From: Octopus vulgaris
Lineage: Eukaryota
Reading direction: 5' to 3'
NCBI GenBank assembly: GCA_951406725.2
Contig: OX597816.1
Location: forward strand, 61,628,001 to 61,692,000
DNA length: 64,000 bases
Shown here: positions 1 to 13,607 of the stretch, piece after piece
Position numbering within the stretch: the first letter of the stretch is position 1
Layout: each line of letters starts with the position of its first letter
Position numbers and translations under genes: made by a program
The notes under the pieces: model-generated
Seen by the model: the letters and a program-made list of their open reading frames with translations, nothing else
The model's database searches: none
Told to the model about the DNA's origin: nothing

Positions 1-90
1 ATGGTGTTACTTAATGGATCAGAGCTAAGCCAGGAATATTAAAAAAAGAGTGACCCATATATTTTTACTGCACTTTTATATATGAAACAG

Positions 91-129
<39 letters not shown>

Positions 130-1422
130 CATATATAGTTAGCTATTTAGTAGAATGTTTAATATAATCACCGAAAGTTTATATACACAAACAGACAAAG
201 ATTCCCCCAGGAAATAGGAGACAAGTACAGGAATTTGAATTGTTATATTAATGACTGAACGCAGACAGAAATAATTTGAATAATGTGCGGCGTATGCAAT
301 TTTATCAACGGAAATTAGGGAAAGATGCTTTTTAAAAGAAGTAAAAACAAAATGAGTGCTTATTTTGTTGAAAACGAAAAAGAAAGAAACAAAAACGAAA
401 GAAAGAAAAAATAGAATACAGACATAAAATTTGTTGCTGTTTTCATTACCAATAACGTTATTATAAATTCAAATGCCGGAACTATTTGCCTTAAACATTA
501 TAGAATTAGAGAAATCGATAAAGTTATGGAACCGAAGTTCATTATTTAAATATATATTTTGGTTTGAATTCAGATTATGTTGAAGTAGCATTTCCAGAAG
601 TTTAATGATTCATATAGTGACACTAATGTTACATTTTATCAATGAACAAAGAACTCTCATCTATCTGTCGAACTAGTTATTAAGTTGTATATATATAAGC
701 ACTATGTATGTAGAGGCCGATATGTAGATATCAACAGTTTAAACAGAGGGAGTATTGTATAACAGACACATGCCGAGTGAAAAATCCAGTTCTGAGTATA
801 ACATGGAAATTGGTGAGTTCTGAAAAGTTGAGTCGCTGCTCTAGGTATACATTATTGAAAATTTTAAAGATATTCTCAATGTAACATTCAATAACACCAA
901 TATACTTTTCTGGAACAAATTTGAAGCTTGCAAATCTGATAGTCACTTCACTACAGTTTCCCTCCACTTAGATGTTTGGGCATATCAGACACCAAGAAGT
1001 AGCACCTTACATTGAGGAGCTTCATGTTCTGATTTCAAATTCTACAATCATCAAGTTTAACTTTTCCTCTTTCCGGATCGATAAAATAGCTATAAAGTAT
1101 ATTCCTACTAATTTAATTGTTTATAACTACCATCTGTTATTATTTGTAAAATTATAGACAACAAATGCACAAAACGAAAAGCAGTTCCTTTACCCACGCT
1201 GGTCCTAGAAATCGCATTGAATTTTTATACTATTTAGCGATGGACAGGGCATTTTACTCACAAGCTTCCTTTTCGCCTTCAAGTGAGACATGACGAAATC
1301 GTTGAACATTTCACGATAGGGGAAACATCTAATCCCACTTCTTTACATGTTGCCTACTGTATTACTCCTTTGTTTGCAAATAGCAAACCTTTCAACTGTC
1401 TTATCAACATCTGAGATTCTGC

Positions 1423-1616
1423 GGGCAGTGAGCTGAGCAAAATGCTTAGCAGCATTTCGTCCGTCTTTACATTGTGAGTTCAAATTTCACCGAGGTCGAC
1501 TTTGCCTTTCATCCTTTCAGGATCGATAAAATAAGTACCACTTGGACACTGGGATTGCTATAATCGACTTAAACCCATCCTCGAAATTTCTGGCATTGTG
1601 CCAAAATTTGAAGCCG
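1423..1616 (+). mobile_element. tRNA-derived SINE, family A (Deu/Nin-like central domain)
   Basis: GGCAGTGAGCTG head, B-box-like GAGTTCAAAT, conserved GAGGTCGACTTTGCCTTTCATCCTTTCAGGATCGATAAAATAAGTACCA core shared with many copies in the window. Confidence 0.8.
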
Positions 1617-1949
1617 ATATCTGAGACTCTTGACACATTTATCTGTCCCTGTATGTTAATGGTAGCAAATTGTTTAAGACTAATTATGACTTGGAGCATT
1701 TGGGAGATCCAAACGATATCTGACAAACAGTGATTTGTCTGAGAAGCCTTACATACTTTTGGAAGTTTGTATACCAATTATTTTCAACTATCCGCCCTCT
1801 ACTCTAGAAGATTCCAAAGATGCTCTTCCAGTGTTTTCTCCATTGGCATGAGAGAGCTGAATGTCCTCAGAAATTCCCCTAGGCACTTGACGAGGTCTGT
1901 TCATTCTGTTACTTAGGAACTATACTCAAAAGAAATCGATAGTCTAATG

Positions 1950-2125
1950 CAGTGCTTTTCAAACTTTTTGTTGGAGCGGAACCCCAAGGAAACATTCCAC
2001 TGGCTCGAGGAACCCCTGTGCAATAATTTAATTGTCTTATGCACACATATCTGCACAGGAGAATTAAAAATTACTGTCGATTTTAGCAGTTTTTGTACTG
2101 GCGGAACCCTGGTTGAAAACCACTG
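1950..2125. mobile_element. hAT (Charlie-like) MITE
   Basis: TIRs CAGTGCTTTTCAAAC / GGTTGAAAACCACTG; perfect 8-bp TSD GTCTAATG at 1942-1949 and 2126-2133. Confidence 0.9.
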
Positions 2126-3863
2126 GTCTAATGAGATGGAAACGTTGTCCTCATTCATAGCCATTACATCAAAACTCAAGTGACTCGAGACTATCCAGCG
2201 GATGACCTTGCATCACGGCTTCTCTTAAACCACGCAGATTCAACAAATTACCTTCATATAAGTCAGAAGAGAAGTTAAAAAGTACTTATTCGGAGTACAA
2301 AATGTTTTGAGTCTTCAAACGGACCTCAGAAGAGTTAAAGATTTATAACAGCACAATACTCCACCATGTCTCCTCTAAGAAGCTTATTTGTTCTCTAACA
2401 TGCTATAAAATTCTTAATAGCAGCTTCTTTACCTCTGGCGTTGTTCAGTCTTGATCCTGTACTCCTAAGACAAAAGTTGCTAAACCGTTGGCATTCTGTC
2501 CTTTTAAGGTACAGTGTAAATAGGACTACACATAGTTTAAAGACGAGTATTTTGAGATTTTCCTCAGAATGTTGGTTAGAGACTTTTAATTTTCTTGTAA
2601 TTTTTTGTTATTGTGATGGCTGCTTCTTTTCTTCTGTTTGGCTTTTGCACTTGTTACTATTTTGAGAGGTCGTTTGTTTTTGATTTAGTATCAATTACTG
2701 TGTTTACTTTGTTATTGTTTAGTTCCAAGTCTGTCCTGATCAAACACGTCTATAATCAAAGACGTTCTAGTAGGAATTGATTACTTTGACCAGTGACTGC
2801 AAAGGTCAAACAACATAAGAAATATCTAAGATTCCTCTTAACTATCACTAATTTGTTATTGGAACGCACGAAATCGCCCCTAAGGCCCTTGTCATTATCA
2901 AATCTGAAGATCCTGAAACCAATTTAGAAACATTATCCGAGCATTTGATATCCTTGACAGTCTCTATAACACTTTTTGCTCTTTTGAGAGGACGTTTGTT
3001 TTGTGCAGACATCACTCACGCAATAATTGGTTTCATTTTGTATTTCTATCTGGGACGTCTTCTCTCGTTGCGTCCTCTTTTACTTTGAACCTGGCGATGC
3101 GTTTTCATACTCGTGTGTAACGCATTGAAAACTTGAGAAAACTGTGGGCCAAATTTTCTGGAAAAGCTATGTGCCATCCAGTTTTGATGGAAAGATTTAC
3201 ATGCTCCAAAGTAAACACGCACACGCATACACAACAACAAAAGAAAAACAAAAAGCCTCCAAAACTGTGTGATTGGTCTCTTACTTCCACTAACTCAGTG
3301 GAGGACTTGAATCCATTTCCATTAATAAATATTTTTAACGCTTGTGTATTTCCCAACGTTCGACTGCTTGAGCGAAGTTCACTATTCGACAATCTTAAAC
3401 TCTGTTGCTGTACATGAGGCTAATACCGTTGTTGTGAGCCAGAGAAGGAACTTCTACATGAATGTTCAACCTCTTAGACAACTATCTGTCAAACTATCAG
3501 CTTCCATCCAGAAAAGGAAGCTACACATTAGATTATGCAGACAATGTAAGGCACTTACCTAGAAAAATAAATGAGTGGATGGAGCTTGAACAACATTAAT
3601 AATGAGTATGGCAGTATTAATGCAGTGTTGTCACATACTGATGTTGTTACTACTGTATCTAATTGTGTTGATACAGTGTTATCACTACCGCTGACGTTCA
3701 TACGTCTGTAGCTGCTTCTGTTATTTACTGCATGAGACTGTCAATACTGTGTTGTCGTTTCTGATGTTGATACTACAGTGACAGACTGTGTTAGTATGGT
3801 GTTGTTACTGTTACTGAAATTATCATTATTCTGCCTAACAGACTTGGTACTATTTATCATCAT

Positions 3864-3918
3864 ACTCTTTAACTCTTTTATTCTTTTACTGGTTTCAGTC
3901 ATTTGACTGTGGCCATGC
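3864..3918 (-). mobile_element. SINE family B 3' tail
   Basis: Reverse complement GCATGGCCACAGTCAAATGACTGAAACCAGTAAAAGAATAAAAGAG matches the tails at 30436-30490 and 41371-41430. Confidence 0.85.
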
Positions 3919-4459
3919 AGCCAGCCATTTTCAAGAAATCTGGAAAAACCAGATCTGTTGCGGCCGATGGGGTCCACAGGATCAAAATCGCTTTTGACCC
4001 TTCCCAATCGACCGCCGGCAATACTCTTACATTTAAGAGCCTGGGCCCGCCATCCCCCAGTCCTCGTCGGATGGTATCTTCAATCCAATCCGCTTCGGTG
4101 TCTGGGGGCAACCCACATACCCAGGCTCTTATTAATTTCCTCCCGCAATATGACGGCAGGAACAGAATTTCCTTGCCTTCTAAAGGCTGACTCGCAAACT
4201 GGCGAGCCTTTTCCCCGTTGTCAAACAGCAACCATACGGCTGCATGTTTGGCACCACGGGATATATATTTTAAAGAGGACAAATGGTCTTTAAGTTCACT
4301 TTTTATAACTTGTTTTGGGAAGACAGTGATGGAATTAAGAACTTTAGAATAAGTTCTAAGCACCACCGTCTTCTCTTCCATATCTTTTAACCACTGCTTA
4401 GGCGGGTTAATTTCCCACTCTAAGACAGAGTTTTTCTTTTTAAGTTCCTTCTCTGCCAT
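3899..4459 (-). pseudogene. Non-LTR retrotransposon ORF1-like fragment (186 aa), 3'-truncated and fused to a SINE tail
   Basis: Open, complex-composition ORF with RRM-like 'IRAWVCGLPPDTEADWIEDTI' segment. The last codons (GCMATVK) come from the SINE-B tail. Family assignment is inference. Confidence 0.55.
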
Positions 4460-4945
4460 GTCAAAAAACAGTTGAAAAGTAGTTCAAAAGACAGTCTGCC
4501 AAAAAATTAAACCGAATAAAAATAAAACAAAATAAAAGAAGAGGAAAGGAAACTGAAATTAAAGTAATGAAAAGAATGAACCAAAATTTAGAAAGAAAGA
4601 AAAAATAGAAGGGAAAAGTAAAAGAAAACCCTCACAAATAGCACAGACAGGGAATCCTTTGTATAATACTCCAAAAGGGTAATCCAAAAGGCTTATTCTT
4701 GAAATTCGGAAAAATTGTACTTTTTCTGGCGAGATAACCCCACTAGAATTTACAAAAAGAATTTTCAATCAAAAATTCTCAAATCACCGTTACGGTGATG
4801 AGAACCCAGTATTTTGCTCGCTATAGCGAGCCATAATTGACAAATTTCTTTCTGTTTTTTTTTCTATTCACGGAGCCCCAAAAAACTCACATCTTGTCAC
4901 TGTAACAGTCCAGACCAACTAGTGTTGCATTCTGGGTAACCGGAA

Positions 4946-4985
4946 GTAAGCAAGCTACTTACCACACAGCCACTCCTGCACCTAT
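4946..4985 (-). mobile_element. SINE family B 5' head (first ~40 nt only)
   Basis: Reverse complement ATAGGTGCAGGAGTGGCTGTGTGGTAAGTAGCTTGCTTAC matches the head at 30799-30838. Confidence 0.85.
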
Positions 4986-6618
4986 TTCACATTTGAAGAT
5001 ATATAATCTATTAAATCGGGTTCATGTAATTTAATGATCCAATTGTCGCAACTGCCACGTGATAGTTTGATCTGGTAGAGATAGCAGCCAAACACCTGTC
5101 AATCCACAACCTAGCTAAAAACAAACAAACAAAACGAACTAGAAAGATTCACTGGGTCATGTAATCTGGATAAGTAAATGAAAATAACATGGGATAATTA
5201 TGTCTAAAGCATCATCTTGATCAAACCGGACCGGGAGGTATACATCTTGTATAAATTCCATAGATCTCAGATGGGTGGGTGAAAAGCAAAGTTTTCCTTG
5301 GCAGGATTTAAACTCAGAACATCATAATTAAGGATCTGGCAGTATTTTCTTCCTTGCTGTGCTGTTCTGATTATGTAGATAATATAAAAGCATGAACAAT
5401 CATTAATACACAAATGATCAGTATCATAATACTGTTGTTTAATTCCATATTACTCTTCACCACTTCATCTTTTTTTGGACATCCAGGAGTTTTCTCTTTG
5501 TTTTATTAAGGGTGGATGAGATTTCAATGAATATTGCTGATTTCGCTATCAGTTCGGTTCGATCGTCTGAGCTGAGATTTTCTCGTCATAACCAAAACCA
5601 AGTTGGCCAATTAGCGTCGGAAAAAGAATGTTTAGCAGTATACTTCCGACTGTTTTCTGAGTTCAAATGACTTCTCTTTCTCGCTTTCTTTCTTGTCTGT
5701 AATTGTAATGCAAAGGTCCAGCTTTATCACATTCTGCCACACTGGTTCGGCTTGAAAATTGCTTTTAGGATATATGTGTCTGTGGAATGCCCAACTTCAT
5801 AACACTTAAATTTCGCAACTGGAAATTGCTTGATCAACAAACTGAATTCTCATCATCAAGAACGATGGAAATCTACCAAAACTGAAGATTTTGGTATGAG
5901 CTTGAGCTAGACAATTCTGCATGACAGATGAAGTATTGCTTTGGTGAACGGCTCCACATAATAACCAGAGCAGGGTTTTTGTCAATGAAAAATGAAGTAA
6001 CACTTATTGCGTTCCCAAAGACTGTTCTTTAGGTCTCATGTACGCAAATAATCAACGTTAATGGCTATCTCAAGGAAGAAACCATAAAATTCTTTTCGAA
6101 AACCGTTTAAGTTGTTGATTGCTAACATTAGCATAAAAGCACACGCTTTGGTCGATGTAGAGTTTGTGGTTGATTTATCAAACGGGAAATATATGATCGG
6201 TAATTATTTTATCGATGTCCGCACAAAAGGAAAAACAAAATCGTCTTGATGAGAATCCGATTCTGGTTGGAAAGAAAAGTGAAATGAATACCAAGATTAC
6301 CTGTGGCGGGATTTGAATTGAGAATGAGAAACATCCAACCTAAAGTTGTTGTCATTGTTGTTGTTGTTGTTGGTGGTGGTGGTCTTTAAAAGGACATCCT
6401 TGATTATCCCATCACTTTCTATATCTACATCTGCAATATGTTACTTTTCTTAAAGGTAGTTTGATGTGATTCCATAGAAATTTTGCTACTGTTTCTAGCA
6501 AGTCAAGTGACCACTTCAGTAGACATAGTGATTTCTAGTGATCTCCAGGATACAAATCATGAGAGAGAAAGTATTCCCAATTATATAGATTACATATAGA
6601 TTATCGATCCGGAAGGCC

Positions 6619-6702
6619 AATTCTGGCGTGATTTAAAATGAAAACATAAAGACATAGCTAAATTCTGGCGTGATTTAAAATGAAAACATAAAGACATAGC
6701 TA
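6619..6702. repeat. Perfect 42-bp tandem duplication
   Basis: AATTCTGGCGTGATTTAAAATGAAAACATAAAGACATAGCTA x2. Confidence 0.9.
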
Positions 6703-7139
6703 AATATATTTTGTCCCACACTGTACCTATTTTCTTCCTCCGTACCTGCGTAGAAAATTTTCCCGCCTTTATTCTTCTTTCATCCAAACATGGGACATTT
6801 CTTCCACGATGTAACTAATATGACCCCATCCGCCTACGAGATGTTTTCTTCGACGTTGGATCTATTCTTTACCTTCTTATCCTGACAGTTTCTCCCACTG
6901 TGTACTTTATCTGATCTCTCTCACCCGTGACTTATTTTCGACCATGCTTTACTCTCTCTTATTTCAGCACAGCGGGCAACGAACCTCCCCCAGGCATCCC
7001 GATTTTCTAAGTTCAAATCGTTCCTCGGTCTACTCCAGAGTCGACAAAATAAGATATCAGTCAGGTATTGAAGTCGATGGTATCGACTAACTCCTTCTTC
7101 TCACAATTGCTGGAATTGCACCTAAATGACAAAAAATAT

Positions 7140-7736
7140 ATTGGTTTCAGTTTTTAGCACAAGGTCGAGCACTTCGGAAGCTGATTACATCGACCCCCCA
7201 CGATCTATTGGTACTTATTCTATAAAATCTGAAATGATGAAACGCAAAGTTGGCATCGGCAGAATTTGAACTCAGAACGTAAAGCGGACGAAATACCACA
7301 ACGCATTTTTGTCAGGCGTGCTAACGATTCTTATTTCTTTATTGCCCACAAACGGCTAAACATAGAGGGAACAAACAAGGACAGACAAAGGGATTAAGTC
7401 GATTACATCGACCCCAGTACGCAACTGGTACTTAATTTATCGATCCCGAATGGATGAAAAGCAAAGTCGACCTCGGCGGAATTTGAACTCAGAACGTAAA
7501 GGCAGACGAAATACCTATTTCTTTACTACTCACAAGGGGATAAACATAGAGAGGACAAACAAGGACAGACAAACGGATTAAGTCGATTATATCGACCCCA
7601 GTGCGTAACTGGTACTTATTTAATCGACCTCGAAAGTATGAAAAGCAAAGTCGACCTCGGCGGAATTTAGCGGCAGACGAAATACCTGTTTCTTTATTAC
7701 CCACAAAGGGCTAAACATAGAGGGGACAAACAAGGA
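7140..7736 (-). mobile_element. Multimeric SINE family A array (3-4 partial units)
   Basis: Repeated AAAGTCGACCTCGGCGGAATTTGAACTCAGAACG and GGACAAACAAGGACAGACAAA blocks. Confidence 0.85.
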
Positions 7737-7832
7737 TGGCAGAAAATATGGAATTTATCTGTGAGTCAGAGGTTGTTGCAACTTTTTACTTACGGTTTCA
7801 CACTTCGTAACTTAATATATTCGTTCTGATCT

Positions 7833-8066
7833 AAGGCGGCGAGCTGGCAGAACCGTTAGCATGCCGGACGAAATGCTTTGTGGTATTTCGTCCGCCGCTG
7901 CGTTCTGAGTTCAAATTCCGCCGAGGTCGACTTTGCCTTTCATCCTTTCGGGGTCGATAAATTAAGTACCAGTTACGCACTGGGGTCGATGTAATCGACT
8001 TAATCTGTTTGTCTGTAATTATTTGTCCCCTCTATGTTTAGCCCCTTGTGGGTAATAAAGAAACAG
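7833..8066 (+). mobile_element. Full-length SINE family A
   Basis: AAGGCGGCGAGCTGGCAGAACCGTTAGC...GAGTTCAAATTCCGCCGAGGTCGAC...GCCCCTTGTGGGTAATAAAGAAA. Confidence 0.9.
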
Positions 8067-8110
8067 ATAATACATTTATTCTCTTGATGCTTATTATTTT
8101 CTAAAATGCT

Positions 8111-8364
8111 AAGTCGGCTAGCTGGCATAATCGTTAGCATGCCGGGAAAAATGCTTCGCGACATGTCATTCATCTTTACGTTCTGAGTTCAAATCTGCCG
8201 AAATCAACCTTGCCTTTCATCCTTTCAGGGTCGATAAAATAAGTGCCAGTTGAGAACTGGAGGCGATGTAATCTGATTTTTTATTACCCACAAGGGGCGA
8301 CTGGAGGCGATGTAATCGACTTACCCCTACCCAGAACATGTTCTTGTAACAAAATTTGAAACCA
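8111..8364 (+). mobile_element. SINE family A, diverged
   Basis: Same head and core, with the alternative CAAAATTTGAAACC tail. Confidence 0.8.
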
Positions 8365-9019
8365 TTATTATCTAATATGTTAATAAGCATCCAGCTGATG
8401 TCGGTAGTTTGTTGTATTGGATACAGATGTACAAAGGATGCTCTTTCTTGACGTTCTCATGGTTTTCAGTTTAGACAGAACTTTCATCAAAAAATTTAAC
8501 CGTTGTAAGGCACACGTTATCCGGTTCGCTGGTTATTTGTTACAGGTAGTACTTATTCATTCCCAAAAGGTATCATCTGCACATTTTTATTCGCTAAGCT
8601 GATCTATTTACACTCAAATTACCAAAACTAATTAACAATTAGTTATAAATGTTTATTATATTTCACTCGTGGAACACACACATAATCTAAATATAAAATA
8701 ATTATTAATAATATAAATAAATACAAAATTTGTTTCATATGCTATACGCTCATGGACACATGTTAACACTTACACAAATATATTTCTATAGATTCCCCAT
8801 GTGTACGCATGTGAAAATGAGTATGCATGTGCAATTGCGCATGTATATATTTACATTATAATTATATAAGATTTTAAATCAATTAACAATCGCTTCGATT
8901 ATTATTCAAGAGGAAAATATACTTCTTATTATATTCTCAAATTCTAATCAGACTTTCTTTCTTCCACAAGAATTAATACAATATTCGTAATATTGATTTT
9001 TATACATACATATGTGTAA

Positions 9020-9021
<2 letters not shown>

Positions 9022-9086
<65 letters not shown>

Positions 9087-9176
9087 GGAATGAGAGAGAG
9101 GGAGAGAGAAAGAGAGAGAGGCAGAACATATACATGTATCTACATACACACAGGCATATATAATATACATACATAC

Positions 9177-9226
<50 letters not shown>

Positions 9227-9756
9227 ATGTATATCTGTACACTGATCCATACATGCACAGACACTCATATATTACGGTATTAAATGCACGAGTCCTTTGA
9301 CTTTGTAAAAAATGACATTATTATCTGCGTTTTAGGATGCCTCACTTCTTAATCCTGACAGAGATTGATGGTTTATCAAAGAAGGCCACGCATTTTGAAA
9401 TGCTATCACGGAAGAGCGAAATAAACTTACGTACCCAATCATTATACCTGTGTGTGTGTGTATGTATTTATGTATGTATGTATAACTGGCTGGCTGTATA
9501 TGTCTGCATATATATATACATGTGTATATAGATAGATAAAAATACTTGTGTGTATATATATATACACATACATTCATATATATACATACATATATACATA
9601 CATGTATACACACACATATATACATATATATATACATATCCATCGTTTGTTATATATATATATATATGTATTTATATATGTGAATATATATACATGCATA
9701 CATATATATATTCGTATATATATATCTATATGTATGTATATATTATGTATATACAT

Positions 9757-9813
<57 letters not shown>

Positions 9814-9890
9814 CACACACGCGAACACATCTGTATCACCGTGTGTGTGCATGTGTGTGTTGTGTGTGTGTGTGTTTATGTGTGTCATTA
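9022..9890. repeat. Compound (CA)n/(GA)n/(TA)n/(TACA)n microsatellite field
   Basis: Direct inspection. Confidence 0.9.
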
Positions 9891-11613
9891 CAGATTTTCA
9901 GATATTAATAAAGTCTGCTGCATTTTTTCTAAAACAGACCAAAGAAAAGAAATTAAAAAAAAAGAAAGAAATGCTAACGTCTGGACATATAACATTTTAA
10001 CTACTATCTTTTAAATAAATGTTCTACAATAGTATTGCGTTAAAGAAAGTTTTTTTTTTCTTAAAAAGATAAATGGTGTAATATTTACTCATATATTTCA
10101 GGAAGTAATTATCTTGTCTTTTGTAAATAATTTATTTTGAAAATATCTATTCAAAACTTTTAACTGCCTACTGTATGTGTCAGTGTAGTGTATAATTTGA
10201 CGTGTTTTAAAATATCTTTATACATTCCCAACCTGAAAATGACTTCCAACATTCATTTAAAAACATTTTTAGCTTTCTTTTTGGTCTATTAAATAATTTA
10301 TAAAATCCATTAAACTCCTTGTCTCATTTATGAAAATAATATCAGAGAGATTTTTTCTCCTTCTTTGAATAATAGATATTTTCATAATACATAAAAAAAG
10401 ACGATCATTTATGTCGAATATAAATGCATTGGCAATATCGCTGTTGTTGTATAGACCAAGGTAAATCTTGATAGGCCGAATCAATAAATAAAAATATTCT
10501 AATCGTGACCACCCATTGCTTTCGAGGAAGAACAATGTTATTTTAATTCTTTTCTTTTCTTTTGTAAGATGAGCGGGATGATTTTAGGGAACTTTGGTTG
10601 ATATTTTTAGCAGGTAGAACGACCAGATAGAGATTTTTCCGTTGTCTGGTGATGAAAATGTTATCGTTGTTGTTGTTGTTGTTGTTGTTGATGATGTTTA
10701 GTCTCAGGTCAAAGGCGCAGACTATGATAATCCTGCTATGACTATCTTATCTGTTAAGGGCTGATTTAGGACTACATTGTGTAATGTGTCATTTCCTCTG
10801 TCAAATAGCAAAACGTGATTTCAAAGATATTTAACTGCTGCTTTTAGCAAGTAGAACGTCTAAACAGAGGGTTGTTCGTTGAATATATGCTGAAAATACT
10901 GATGCTGATTCTGTTATTATTATTGTTGTTGAACCTTAGGTCATAGCTATGACAAAAGATATCATCATACAAACATTATAAATACAGAACAGACGTATTG
11001 AATAAAGTAGTCCCAGATACACTATACCTACAAAAAATAGATGGTCTTTTCACGGCTGCTGTGTCTTTAACCAGAGGTGACATGAACAGCAGTAGTAGCA
11101 ACAACAACCAAGTAACTTGCTTATGTTCTGCTTTGTCGTTTACGCTACTTACTTTCATTTTTATGAAATTGAATGATCACATGACCACACATGGCTGGCT
11201 GATATCTGGTTTTGTTGTTGTTTTTTTTGTCACTCTCAGGTCAGCTCTGATCAAGTAGACCAATGACCAAAGGTCTTTCAGTCACAGATTTCCACTTGTT
11301 ATTCAAACATAGTGCATCCAGGACTATACCATTTAATGTGTATTTCCTTTACAAAATGTGGGCTCTACACATTCATACGCACATAAAGCAGGGTTATAAT
11401 CGCAGGTAGTTAAGTCAGCATTTTTTTTCCTGAGTCATTCTTTCAAACCAACGCATTAAACTGTACTTTGTTCTGGTAGTCTTTCCATGTAATGACACTG
11501 GGATTTTGTTGGTATTTCTTGCACAAACGTAGTATAACATGCCCCGTTTTACGTTTCTTATGATACAGGGTGGATTACTTTCTCGAATTCGGTCATACGT
11601 ATCAGAAAATATC

Positions 11614-11828
11614 GGTTTCAAATTTTGACACAAGGCCAACAAGTGCGGGGGAAGGAAGAAGTCTATTATATCAATCCCAGTCCTCATCTGGTATTTATTT
11701 CATCGACTCCGAAAGGAGGAAAAGGCAAAATCGACTTCGGCGGAATTTGAACTCAGAACATAAAGACGGACGAAATACCGCGAGGCACTTTTCCCAACGT
11801 GCTATCCATTCTGCCAGCTCGCTGACTT
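11614..11828 (-). mobile_element. SINE family A
   Basis: CGAAAGGAGGAAAAGGCAAAATCGACTTCGGCGGAATTTGAACTCAGAAC...CTGCCAGCTCGC. Confidence 0.8.
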
Positions 11829-12178
11829 ATGTGCAAAAAAAAAAAAAAAATACTACTTTGTGATATGAAGTGGAACAGAAACCTCTATAAGATTCAAGCT
11901 GTGACCTTCTATTAAGTGCTGACTAGGACTACATTATCCCGCTCAAAAGGTCCCTGAATAAAGATTGTTTAAGGATGTTGAACGAAACTCGTGTTTCCAG
12001 AGATGAATTATTCAAACCCTAAAGAAACCCTCTCAACACATGGCTTTGATGCTCCCCTACTACTTTTGCTCGTGATCAGAAATGCACGTATCGTCAGCCA
12101 CTAAGGGACATGGTCAACTGGTTAAGGTCAAACAACTGACAAGCAAATCTGGTATTGAGCAGAATATTTGCTGTAGCC

Positions 12179-12180
<2 letters not shown>

Positions 12181-12262
<82 letters not shown>
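12181..12262. repeat. (TTA)n microsatellite
   Basis: Direct inspection. Confidence 0.95.
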
Positions 12263-13607
12263 CATTGTCATTTTTTTGTTGGGAATGGAATGTTATGTTT
12301 ATTTCTGAATTCTAATTACTTATTGTTGGAGAACGTTCTGTAAACAAGTTTTGTTTTTCTTTAATGAGGAGAATCAATGAAACAGGCAGCTGTTCGAGCT
12401 TAATTTTAGCGAATGCTGGATTATAGTTATTAGATGGCATGTTCAATTATCAGTGTGTGTATATGAATGCCGTTATGAGCGTGACAGATGTTAATCTGAT
12501 TATAGAGCTTACTGGAGACTTTTCTTGTAATATATGAAGCTGGTTATTAGCTCCTTATCGTTTCAAGCTAAAACCGAAGCTATTTAATAGCCATCTATTA
12601 TTTTCAAGCTAAAATCTAAAAAAAGGAAACAAAAATATAGAAAAATATAGCGTGTGAGGTTAATCTAATTTTCAATTTATTAAAAATACTAGTTTGGGAA
12701 GGTTTATTAAATATATGTTATCTGAAATAAAAATATGAAAAACAGAAAAGGAAAGGAAGGATTTCTAGGGAAAGCTTATCATGTCTATTGTTTAGTAAAG
12801 AGTTTTAAAACGAGAGAAACATTTCTGAGAAAGGAAAATAAATGACAAACGTAAAATAACTTTTGGGAAAGCAAATAATATATATCTGAACAAAGGTCCG
12901 AACATCAAAGCAAATGAAATAAAGTAGATTCATAGAATTTACATCAAAACGGGGGTACAAAATTGTTGAATAGCGTTTGGTTACTTTGAAGCATATATTT
13001 TGATGTACTTTAGCACTTAAAATGAAATAACAAGAAATAAATATAAAACTACGAGTTAGCAATTTTTGGCATTTTAGACCATAGATAAAAAAAAAAGGGA
13101 ATTAAATAAGAAAGTAATATATATTTTAAATATTATTGAAATATCAATGAAAGTAACTTAAAGCGATAAACATTAAACAGACATTCACAGAATGGATTGT
13201 GCGGCAGATTATCAAATCAAGTTCCGTCAACGTTTTAACAATTTCAGTAAGCATAATTTATGGTCTCGATTCAATAAAATTAACACAATATAGGAAACAG
13301 CAAGTTGTAAATTGCCAACGTTATCGGCAATACAACAACCGATCCAAAGAATAAATTATACTCTTTAAGTTTTAGTATTTATTGCTTGCCAAGTGGATAT
13401 TTTCTTACGTATAAAACAACGAAATGGCTTACATGTTTATGTGATTTCGATCAAGGGAACCTTTATAAAACAAGCACAATAATTAATGCTCTATTGAATG
13501 AGAAGATAGCTTCTTTGAAGCTAGAAATAGAGCCAAATGTGCCTCAATTGACGCCATAGCTGTCTCTGTGAAGAGCATATTGGATGATGTGGCCGAGTAT
13601 GCACATA

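Noticed and set aside
6619-6702. Direct repeats as a possible CRISPR array (also 61764-61839 and the SINE multimers)
   Set aside because: Only two adjacent units, no spacers, eukaryotic context and no cas genes.
8944-10014. ORFs rich in YI/HT/CV repeats (also at 22-24.9, 35-38.4, 54.2, 59.2-59.7 and 61.3-62.7 kb)
   Set aside because: They are translations of di- and tetranucleotide microsatellites that lack stop codons, not genes.
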